Positions 1 to 8,581 of a DNA stretch of 25,490 nt are shown in pieces. Each line of letters begins with the position of its first letter. The first letter of the stretch is position 1. The notes beneath the pieces were generated by a model. That model searched no databases. It was not told the DNA's origin and saw nothing but the letters and a program-made list of their open reading frames with translations. The position numbers were made by a program, and so were the translations under genes. This DNA is from Octopus sinensis (lineage: Eukaryota): contig NW_021836232.1 of assembly GCF_006345805.1 (NCBI RefSeq), positions 1 to 25,490 on the forward strand, read 5' to 3'.

Positions 1-100
1 AGCGGTTCTTGAGATATCTTGTCCATGGACAAACAAAGAAACAAACAAACAAACACGACAGAAAAACAATACCTCCGCTTTCACTAAGGTGGAGGTAATA
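1..100. mobile_element. Probable end of a Helentron-associated/HINE-like non-autonomous element (truncated by window edge)
   Basis: (ACAA)n tract at about 29-55, then a GC-rich hairpin TACCTCC(70-76)...GGAGGTA(91-97). A tetranucleotide repeat followed by a terminal hairpin is the layout of HINE/DINE-1/CvA-type elements. Family assignment is inference. Confidence 0.4.
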
Positions 101-346
101 AAGAAAAAGGGAGAGCGAGGTGGAGAGCCGAAGAGAGGGAGATATGGAAATAGAGAGAGAAAAGATATAGGATAAAACAATAAGACAGAAGGAAGGAGAC
201 CAAAGCGGAGAGATGGAGGGAGAGAGAGACGACGACGAGAAAGAAGGTAAGATAGAATAAGTAGACAGGGGAGAGAGGGGGGAAAGAGAGGAAGAAGGTA
301 ACGGTGAAGTTAACAACCCAAAGAATTATGCCATTAATATTGATTT

Positions 347-557
347 CAATAATAAAGGTCAGAAAGTTCGAGGAATACGGGGGGGGCTAGTCGATTTTAT
401 CGACCCCAGTGTCTCACTGGTACGTATTTTATCGATTTCTGAAAGGATGAACGGCAAAGTCGACATCGGAGAAATTTGAGCTCAGAACGTAGAAACGGAC
501 GAAATACTGCGGAACATTTTGTCCGGTATGCTAACGATTCTGCTAGACGTTCATCTT
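347..557 (-). mobile_element. SINE family B (tRNA-like head, CORE-like body), full length with TSD
   Basis: Reverse complement matches the other family-B copies (...GTTAGCA...GAGCTCAAAT...GACTTTGCC.TTCATCCTTTC...GGGGTCGAT). Flanked by a 23-bp direct repeat AATTATGCC(A/G)TTAATATTGATTT at 324-346 and 558-580. Confidence 0.85.
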
Positions 558-581
558 AATTATGCCGTTAATATTGATTTA

Positions 582-735
582 TACTTAGCGGCATTTTGTC
601 CATCTTTACTGAGTTCTGAGTTCAAATTCCACCGAGGTTGACTTTGCTTTTCATCCTTTCAGGCACAATAAAATAAGCAGCAGTCGAGCTCTGGGGTCGA
701 CGTAAAATCGCTGGCCTTATACCAAAATTTGGAAA
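582..735 (+). mobile_element. SINE family B, 5'-truncated, running into (ATT)n
   Basis: CTTAGCGGCATTT...GAGTTCAAATTCC (B-box-like)...GACTTTGCTTTTCATCCTTTC...GGGGTCGAC...AAAATTTGGAAA, then (ATT)n. Confidence 0.8.
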
Positions 736-799
736 TTGTTATTATTATTATTATTATTATTATATTATTATTATTATTATTATTATTTTATTAGTTATA

Positions 800-834
<35 letters not shown>

Positions 835-902
835 ATCATCCTTATCATTAATATTATTATTAACTATCATCATCATCATCTCATCAATCATCATCATCAT
901 CA

Positions 903-936
<34 letters not shown>

Positions 937-970
937 CATCATCATTATCATTAATATTATTATTACTATT

Positions 971-1005
<35 letters not shown>

Positions 1006-1013
1006 AATCATCA

Positions 1014-1045
<32 letters not shown>
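736..1045. repeat. Compound (ATT)n/(ATC)n microsatellite
   Basis: Directly visible trinucleotide tracts. Confidence 0.95.
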
Positions 1046-1506
1046 GAGTGAGAGAGCAGTTCATGCCATCAAAGTGACACTGGGGTAAAATATACGAAGC
1101 CCAATATACCCATCATGACTACCCGTCTGATAAAGGTACACCAGGCACATGCATCACAACCATATGTGCGCGACATGGTGATCTCATATCAAGATAAACA
1201 GCACATGACCTTGCAGGTGGGGCCCAGTTAGAATTTTCTTCAGGTTGAGTAGCCCATCCCGCTCAAACGGTCCCTGTATAAGGGTTGTTTAAGGATGTTG
1301 AAAGAACCACCCATGTTTCCAGAGGTGAACTATTCAAACCCCAAAGAATCCCTCTCAACACATGGCTATGATGCTCCCCCACTACTTCTGCTCGTGATCA
1401 GAGATGCACATATCGTCAGCCACTAAGGGACATGCTCAACTGGTCAAGGTCAAACAACTGACAAGCAAATCTGTGGTATTGAGCAGAATATTTGCTGTAG
1501 CCCATC

Positions 1507-1510
<4 letters not shown>
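1046..1510. mobile_element. Interspersed repeat family E (unclassified), bounded by (ATT)n tracts
   Basis: 1289-1510 aligns by eye with 7607-7827 (TTAAGGATGTTGAAAGAACCACCCATGTTT...GTGATCAGAGATGCACATATCGTCA...). No protein motif recognised. Confidence 0.65.
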
Positions 1511-1550
<40 letters not shown>

Positions 1551-1638
1551 TATTATTATTATTATTATCATTATTATTATTATTATTATAATTATTATCA
1601 TCATCATCATCATTATCATTAATATTATTATTACTATT

Positions 1639-1669
<31 letters not shown>

Positions 1670-1740
1670 ATCATCATCATCATAATCATCATTTTATTAT
1701 TATTATTATTATTATTATTGTTGTTGTTATTATTATTATC
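1511..1740. repeat. Compound (ATT)n/(ATC)n microsatellite
   Basis: Directly visible; shares its interruption pattern with 933-1045. Confidence 0.95.
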
Positions 1741-1759
1741 AAAAAGGTGGTGTGACAAA

Positions 1760-1915
1760 ATACTTAGCGGCATTTTCTCCGTCTCTTTACGTTTTTAGTT
1801 CACATTCTGCTAAGGTCCCCTTTGTCTCCCATCCCTTACCGGTCGATGAAATAAGCAGTAGTTGTGTGCTGGGGTCGATGTAATCGAGTTTCCCTTTGCC
1901 CCCTAATATCTGCTG
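1760..1915 (+). mobile_element. SINE family B, diverged, 5'-truncated
   Basis: TACTTAGCGGCATTTTCTCCGTC...GATGAAATAAGCAGTAGTTGTGTGCTGGGGTCGATGTAATCGAG...TGCTGGC matches family B. Confidence 0.7.
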
Positions 1916-1941
1916 GCATTATCAACATCCCAAACCATTTA

Positions 1942-2143
1942 AGGCAGTTTGCTGGCAGTTAGCGCTGCAGAAAAAATTCTTAGATGTATTTCTACCATCT
2001 TTTTACGTTCTGTGTTCAAATACCACCGAAGCTGACTTTGCTCTTCATCATTTCGGGATCGATAAAATAAAGTATCAGTTAAATACAGAGATCAATGTAT
2101 CTTTCGGTGCAATTACTGACCTTGCAGTAAAATTTGAACCAAT
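1942..2143 (+). mobile_element. SINE family B, strongly diverged
   Basis: TTACGTTCTGTGTTCAAATACCACCGAAGCTGACTTTGCTCTTCATCATTTCGGGATCGATAAAATAAAGTATCAG...GACCTTGCAGTAAAATTTGAACC. Confidence 0.6.
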
Positions 2144-2232
2144 TATATCTGTTATTATAACTGGCTAGCAGTGATAATCGGTTTTGTCTTAGTTAATAAA
2201 CCAAAAGTAAATCCAATTATAAAAATTCACGA

Positions 2233-2619
2233 GGCGCAGGCGTAGCTGTGAGCTAAGACGCAGGCTCACCATCTGCATGACCCCGGTTTCAATCCCACTG
2301 CGTGGCATCTTGGGTTAATATTTTCTGCTATAGCCTTGGGTCGACAAAATCCCTATAAGTGGATCTCGAAGACGGAAACTGATAAATGCCCGCTGTGTGT
2401 ATATATGTGTATGTGTGTCTTTCTGTTTGTGTTTGTCTGTCACCACCGCTTGACAACTGGTGTTGGTTTGTTTACGTCCACATAACTTAGATGTTCGGTA
2501 AAAGACACCGATAGTACCAGGTTTTAAAATGCAATAAATTCATTCGGCTAAAAATTCTCGAAGGGGTGCACCAGCATGGCCGCAGTCTGACTGAAACAAA
2601 TAAAAAATAAAAGATAAAA
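2233..2619 (+). mobile_element. SINE family A (tRNA head, central microsatellite, LINE-like 3' tail), diverged
   Basis: GGCGCAGGCGTAGCTGTG head, GGTTTCAATCCCACTGCGTGGCATCTTGGG, central TA/TG tract, tail CCAGCATGGCCGCAGTCTGACTGAAAC. Confidence 0.8.
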
Positions 2620-3012
2620 TTACTCAAAATAGTAAATAGTCTCTCGTTAGTTAGATAGCTAATTCAGTGAACCTGGATTTTTACAAAAAGAATTAATCAC
2701 TTAAACAATAAACCAGAGACACTGTCTAAATGTCACCACGAACAGAAATTTATTTCTTGAAACTGTAATAGACAAATGTCATCCGATTAAGTAAACAAGT
2801 GTCGTTAATTAACAAAACAAACTAGATTTTCACAAAACTTTCTCAAAATGCCCAGTATTAAAATAATTCGCTTGTCGATACTGTTTCTAAATTGTCGTTT
2901 TGCCATGAAGCTTTCAACTAATTAAATGTTTACAAATTTACTATTTCTGGGTATATTTTTGTATATGTGTGCGTGTACGAGTGTAAGTGCGTGTACGATA
3001 TATGTGTGTGTG

Positions 3013-3205
3013 TGTCCAGTCGCCATGATAGATCGTTAGCCACTACACACATTTTTCTCTCCTTGTTTTTTCTGTGTCTCTTTCTGTAGAAGAGCATAGG
3101 CTCGAAATGTAAAAGCCTTTTTCTATTCCTGAGCGTTATACTAATACATCTATTTGTTTTGTACACCACCTGTCTTCGTCTTTTGTTTTTTCGTAAACTC
3201 TCCCT
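3013..3205 (+). mobile_element. Terminal repeat of a putative Penelope-like element with a minimal hammerhead-like motif (3080-3115), ending at (TA)n
   Basis: Homologous to 5013-5210 (minus strand). Contains CTTT-CTGTAGA-A-GAGC-ATAG-GCTC-GAAA-TGTA-AAAG. PLE assignment inferred from the motif. Confidence 0.55.
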
Positions 3206-3350
3206 ATATATATATATTCTTAAACAAGAATGTTGTTGACAGCGACTTCGAAGTTTCGATCAGCTAGCCCATTGCTGAACAAAAGTACAGGAGAATCCAT
3301 CATTTACCGTAAATTTGTTTTATTATAAATGAACGTAAAAGCAAACATTA

Positions 3351-3352
<2 letters not shown>

Positions 3353-3405
<53 letters not shown>

Positions 3406-3450
3406 CATATATACATATATACATATATATATACATATATATATATACAC

Positions 3451-3513
<63 letters not shown>
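3353..3513. repeat. (TG)n-(TA)n microsatellite
   Basis: Directly visible; supplies the false N-terminus of ORF 3355-4401. Confidence 0.95.
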
Positions 3514-3516
<3 letters not shown>

Positions 3517-4665
3517 AAAGTCGATCATGGAATGATATCTCACAAACTGCGTGATCTTGGCATAGTTGGAAAATTGGGAGAATGGCTTCATGACTTTCTG
3601 AAGGATAGAAGTCAGGTGGTAGTAGCCAATGGGGCCACTTCCATTAACACGCAAATAGTGAGCGGTGTTCCGCAGGGCACTGTTTTGGGACCACTACTGT
3701 TCATAATGGCCCTCTTAGACATGCCCTCAGCCACGCAGAGAGCCACGATCACAAGTTATACAGATGATACAAAAGTTTCACAGGCAATACAGAACCCTGA
3801 AGACACTAAGCACCTGCAATGTGAGCTGGACAAAATATACAAGTGGGCTGAAAAGAATAGCATGCAGTTCAATGCTGAAAAGTTTCAAGCTTTATGCTAT
3901 CAGCATACAAAACTGAATGCAATACCCAATGAATACACTGGACCCGAAGGGATCGCAATCCCAGAGGCACAATCAGTGCGTGACCTGGGTATTTACATGA
4001 GCGATGACGCAACCTTTCATGTACATGTTGCTAAACTGGCAATGAAATGTAGACGGCTGGCCGGATGGATTCTTAGAACCTTTAGAACAAGAGACCAGGA
4101 AACCATGATGGTCCTCTGGAGGACACTTGTCCTAAGCCACTTTGACTATTGCTCTCAGCTATGGTCACCATCCAGTGTCAAGTTGATCACAGAACTTGAG
4201 GCGATCCAACGAAGCTACACGAAGAAGATAGCCTCTGTGCAGCATATAAGATACTGGGAAAGACTCAAGAGATTAAAACTCTATTCCTTGGAGCGTAGGC
4301 GAGAAAGATATGCCATAATATACATCTGGAAGATCCTGGAAGGAATTGTCCCAAACTTTGGCATCGAGAGTTACACAAATGCCAGAACTGGGCGCCACTG
4401 AGTGGTGCCAAGAACTCCAAGTTTGCCATCAAGATGTAGGACAAGATACTGTGATAGCCTGGGCTTCAGAGGCCCACAGCTCTTCAATATCCCGAAGAAC
4501 CTGAGGGACCAGCATGGGGTGGATGCGGATGTCTTTAAAGTAGGACTGGATCTCTTCCTGTCAGGTGTCCAGGATGAACCAACTTCACGGCAGGAGGTGC
4601 AGATGAGGGCAGCTGCATCGAACTCTCTCATGCATCAGATGGCGTTTGCTAAAAAGCATCCGTGA
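3514..4665 (+). pseudogene. 5'-truncated reverse transcriptase ORF2 of a CR1-group (CR1/L2/Crack/Daphne-like) LINE
   Basis: DKVDH, SGVPQGTVLGPLLF, YTDDTK (YADD motif), MQFNAEKF, RDLG and YSLERRRERY motifs. In-frame TGA at 4399-4401; ORF 4402-4665 continues in the same frame. The endonuclease and N-terminal RT are absent. Confidence 0.9.
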
Positions 4666-4753
4666 GGTAAAATCGTGTAGCAACACCAAATGGCGGTGCC
4701 CCAGCATGGCCACAGCTCAAGAGCTGAAACTGGAAAAAACAAAAACAAACAAA
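3514..4753 (+). mobile_element. LINE copy including 3' UTR and tail
   Basis: Stop at 4663-4665, short UTR, tail GGCGGTGCCCCAGCATGGCCACAGCTCAAGAGCTGAAAC (4692-4730) and an A-rich/(AAAC)n end. (TA)-rich tracts on both sides. Confidence 0.85.
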
Positions 4754-4796
4754 CATATATATATATATACATATATATATACATATATCAAAATTA

Positions 4797-4859
4797 ATAT
4801 TTAGCAGAAGTAGCTGAGCGGCTCATGCTCCGAGACTTTCTGTAACTTCTGCTAAATAT
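4797..4859. repeat. 15-bp perfect inverted repeat with 33-bp spacer
   Basis: ATATTTAGCAGAAGT (4797-4811) and ACTTCTGCTAAATAT (4845-4859). Confidence 0.8.
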
Positions 4860-4920
4860 AAATAAAAATATACATTTACTCATATTTTTAGTTCTATATT
4901 TCCTGTTTGCTTTAACATAC

Positions 4921-4936
4921 CTCTCTCTCTCCCTCT

Positions 4937-5012
<76 letters not shown>
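4921..5012. repeat. (CT)n-(TA)n microsatellite
   Basis: Directly visible. Confidence 0.95.
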
Positions 5013-5016
<4 letters not shown>

Positions 5017-5210
5017 AGAATTCACGAAAAGAACAAAAGACGAAGACAGGTGGTGTAGAAAACAAACAGTTGTATTAGTATAACGCTCGGGAATTGAAAA
5101 AGTCTTTTACATTTCGAGCCTACGCTCTTCCACAGAAAGGAACACAGAAAGAAACACGGAGAGAAAAAATGTGTGTAGTGGCTATCGATCTATCATGGCG
5201 ACTGCCGGAC
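5013..5210 (-). mobile_element. Second copy of the putative Penelope-like terminal repeat with hammerhead-like motif (5104-5139); may extend toward 5700
   Basis: Reverse complement aligns with 3013-3205 and has the same end (CTCCCT) next to (TA)n. Motif CTTT-CTGTGGA-A-GAGC-GTAG-GCTC-GAAA-TGTA-AAAG. Confidence 0.55.
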
Positions 5211-5748
5211 AGAAGGGTCACACAGGAGAGCGAAGAAGTAGGAGAGATAACAAAGTAATAGTGATCCGAAAAGGAAGGTGCGCGTGTGTGTAAGAGAGTA
5301 CGTATGTGTGTGTGAAAGAAGGCTGGTGGTCTTGACGTGTGTGTGTGTGTATGTATAGGTGTGAAAATGTGGGGATGGGAATATTGATTAACAGTAATAC
5401 ACTTCTATTTATTGCAACAATGAGGGGAAAGCAGGAGACGATGTGAGATGTTATGAAGCCGGCATTCGCATAGAGAAGAGAACAAGTAGGGGAAAGTAAA
5501 GTAGGTGTGTAATGGCTTTTGAAGGAAGTTAAAAATGTAAAACGTCCTCTCTGCTATTGTAACGATATCGTGATGGGGGGATGAAAATACCCCACACGTC
5601 CACACACCACCAACAGTAACAACAACCCACAAAACAATAAGTCAGAACACAGTCTAAACAGAAACAGAAGAGAATAAAGTCACAACACGAAAAATATTAG
5701 GTACAAAGATATCAAATTACACCTACGCCTATAACATTTTCTGTTATA

Positions 5749-5915
5749 GGCGTAAGAGTGGCTGTGTGGTAACTAGCTTGCTTACCAACCACATTGTTCC
5801 GGGCTCAGTCCCACTGCGTAGCACCTGGGGCAAGTGTCTTCTACTATAACCTCGGGCCGACCAAAGCCTTGTGAATGGATATGGTAGACGGAAACTGAAA
5901 GAAGCCTGTCGTATA

Positions 5916-5925
<10 letters not shown>
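5749..5925 (+). mobile_element. SINE family A, 5' half (interrupted within its central microsatellite)
   Basis: GGCGTAAGAGTGGCTGTGTGGTAA (A-box-like TGGCTGTGTGG), GGCTCAGTCCC, ...GGAAACTGAAAGAAGCCTGTCGTATATATG. Confidence 0.9.
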
Positions 5926-5986
<61 letters not shown>

Positions 5987-5990
<4 letters not shown>

Positions 5991-6412
5991 CTTTATATAG
6001 TTAGGGTTCAGCAAAAAAATTTGCTTTACCACATACCGAACTTTTAGAAATAGCAGCCAAAAAATTTTGCTATTTCTTCTCCTATAAGAAGAGTCTCCCA
6101 GACAATGTATACTCAAAAACAATTCACGTAGGCATAGAGGGAAAACTAACGAAAGTTCACTCGAAATTAGATTACTTGTGAACGCGTTTCTATATTTGAC
6201 TAACCCAGAAACGCGTTCTCAAGTAATCTAATTTCGAGTGAACTTTCGTTAGTTTTCCCTCTATGCCTACGTGAATTGTTTTTGAGTATACATTGTCTGG
6301 AAGACTCTTCTTATAGGAGAAGAAATAGCAAAATTTTTTGGCTGCTATTTCTAAAAGTTCGGTATGTGGTAAAGCAAATTCTTTTTGCTGAACCCTAATT
6401 ATATAAAGTAAT
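5987..6412. mobile_element. Foldback/MITE-like palindrome, copy 1 (about 205-bp arms, 15-bp spacer)
   Basis: ATTACTTTATATAGTTAGGGTTCAGC...GCTGAACCCTAATTATATAAAGTAAT; spacer 6192-6206 ATATTTGACTAACCC. Confidence 0.85.
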
Positions 6413-6563
6413 GTTTAAATTTACCGTAAAAGGTCCTTTTACATACTGAACACTGCTTGGTAAAATTTTTAATTATTAATTTTGCCCTTTATTATATATA
6501 TAATATATATATATATAATATATATATATATATTATATATATATATATATAATATATATATAT

Positions 6564-6988
6564 ATTACTTTATATAGTTAGGGTTCAGCAAAAAAATTTG
6601 CTTTACCACATACCGAACTTTTAGAAATAGCAGCCAAAAAATTTTGCTATTTCTTCTCCTATAAGAAGAGTCTCCCAGACAATGTATACTCAAAAACAAT
6701 TCACGTAGGCATAGAGGGAAAACTAACGAAAGTTCACTCGAAATTAGATTATTTGTGAACGCGTTTCTGGGTTAGTCAGATATAGAAACGCGTTCACAAG
6801 TAATCTAATTTCGAGTGAACTTTCGTTAGTTTTCCCTCTATGCCTACGTGAATTGTTTTTGAGTATACATTGTCTGGGAGACTCTTCTTATAGGAGAAGA
6901 ATAGCAAAATTTTTTGGCTGCTATTTCTAAAAGTTCGGTATGTGGTAAAGCAAATTCTTTTTGCTGAACCCTAATTATATAAAGTAAT
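6564..6988. mobile_element. Foldback/MITE-like palindrome, copy 2 (tandem duplicate, spacer inverted)
   Basis: About 99% identical to copy 1 and followed by the same ~78-bp flank. Spacer GGGTTAGTCAGATAT is the reverse complement of the copy-1 spacer with one mismatch. Period 577 bp. Confidence 0.85.
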
Positions 6989-7068
6989 GTTTAAATTTAC
7001 CGTAAAAGGTCCTTTTACATACTGAACACTGCTTGGTAAAATTTTTAATTATTAATTTTGCCCTTTAT

Positions 7069-7086
<18 letters not shown>

Positions 7087-7125
<39 letters not shown>

Positions 7126-7358
7126 TGTGTGTGTGTACGTTTGTGTATATGTTTGTGTGTCTGTGTTTGTCCCCCCACTTGACAACCGATGCTGGTGTGT
7201 TTACGTCCCCGTAACTTAGTGGTTCGGCAAAAGAAACCGATAGTATAAGTACTAGGCTTACAAAGAATAAGTCCTGGGGTCGATTTGCGCGACTAAAGGC
7301 GGTGCTCCAGCATGGCCACAGTCAAATGACTGAAACAAGTAAAAAGTAAAAAAAAAAA
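7087..7358 (+). mobile_element. SINE family A, 3' half
   Basis: (TG)n, TGTTTGTCCCCC, GACAACCGATGCTGGTGTGTTTACGTCCCCGTAACTTAG, tail GGCGGTGCTCCAGCATGGCCACAGTCAAATGACTGAAAC. Confidence 0.9.
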
Positions 7359-7606
7359 GACCCTTCAATAGAAAAATAAAACTCGATTTGCTACCAGCAG
7401 ATCTCAAAGCTATCACAGAAATCGAACTATTACCCCTCTCTTTTCTTTCTCTCGGGTGGGGCTTATTGTTAAAGAGCTTCATATTTGATCAGGAGCTCGC
7501 TGAGAAGTTCTTGCATTTTGCTTATTATTTTTACCTTTTGTTTAGAGTGCGTGCCTGTGATAGCGTATTTGCTCGTGTTCGCCTTTCGTGCTTTCATATA
7601 CCAATC

Positions 7607-7918
7607 TTAAGGATGTTGAAAGAACCACCCATGTTTCTACAGGTTAATCATCCAAACCCAAAGAATTCCTCTCAACACATGGCCACGATGCTCCCCCACT
7701 ACTTCTGCTCGTGATCAGAGATGCACATATCGTCAACCACTAAGGGATATTCTCAACTGATTAAGGTCAAGCAACTGGCAAGTAAATCTGTGGTATTGAG
7801 TAGAATATTTGTTGTAGCCCGTCTTTTATAGCAAGACAAAACAATGTACATGATAACACTTCCAATCAGTTAAGATCAGAAGCCATGAAAGCCACTGTCT
7901 GGTACTGCATGAGGTAAT
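7607..7918. mobile_element. Interspersed repeat family E, partial copy
   Basis: 7607-7827 aligns with 1289-1510; continues about 90 bp further to an (ATT)n tract. Confidence 0.65.
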
Positions 7919-7920
7919 TT

Positions 7921-7946
7921 ATTATTAGTATTAATATTATTATTAA

Positions 7947-8002
<56 letters not shown>

Positions 8003-8064
8003 TGTTGTTGTTGTTGTTGTTGTTGTTTTTGTTATTATCATTATTATTATTATTATTATTATCG

Positions 8065-8101
<37 letters not shown>

Positions 8102-8105
8102 TTAA
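7921..8105. repeat. (ATT)n/(GTT)n microsatellite
   Basis: Directly visible. Confidence 0.95.
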
Positions 8106-8260
8106 TTTTAATCTGCATATTTGTTACAATCACTTGCCGAGACGCACCCAGCGTCCTAGGGCGAGTGAGGAATAAGAGATATTACAGTATGACTGAAAGC
8201 TTCGGGAAGGGAAGTGGCGGGGCAGTAGCAAGATATTTTCATGAAATACAATACAGACGT

Positions 8261-8440
8261 TTAAATTAGTAGGGTTTTTCTAAGGATGTGGGCAGTACTT
8301 GTCAGAACAATCTTTTGGATTTCTCTGAGACCTGGTTCTCCTGGGATGTTGTCTAGATGTTTCTGACATCTCATTTTTATCATACCTAGGGCACCTACAA
8401 TAACAAGAACAGTTCCTGCTTTAAGATGCCACATCTTTTG
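8261..8440 (-). pseudogene. C-terminal fragment of an RLE-type (R4/Dong-like) non-LTR retrotransposon ORF
   Basis: KMWHLKAGTVLVIVGALGMIK...HLDNIPG...EIQKIVLTSTAHILRKTL* resembles the C-terminus that follows the restriction-like endonuclease motif. Lies between TAA-rich tracts. Confidence 0.75.
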
Positions 8441-8501
8441 TGTTATTATTGTCGCTATTGTTGTTGATATTATAATTATCATTATTATTATTGAATCTTT
8501 G

Positions 8502-8504
<3 letters not shown>

Positions 8505-8579
<75 letters not shown>
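8505..8579. repeat. (GT)n microsatellite
   Basis: Directly visible. Confidence 0.95.

Positions 8580-8581
<2 letters not shown>

Noticed and set aside
100-295. Purine-rich tract as a regulatory or triplex element
   Set aside because: Degenerate GA low-complexity sequence with no specific supporting evidence.
736-1773. ORFs of poly-Y/I/H/M/N/D (and similar CV/YI/HT/SI-repeat ORFs across the window)
   Set aside because: Translations of microsatellites that lack stop codons in some frames; no coding evidence.
3355-4401. 348-aa ORF as a functional RT gene
   Set aside because: The first ~53 codons are (TG)n(TA)n. The RT is 5'-truncated, has YTDD rather than YADD, and has a premature stop.
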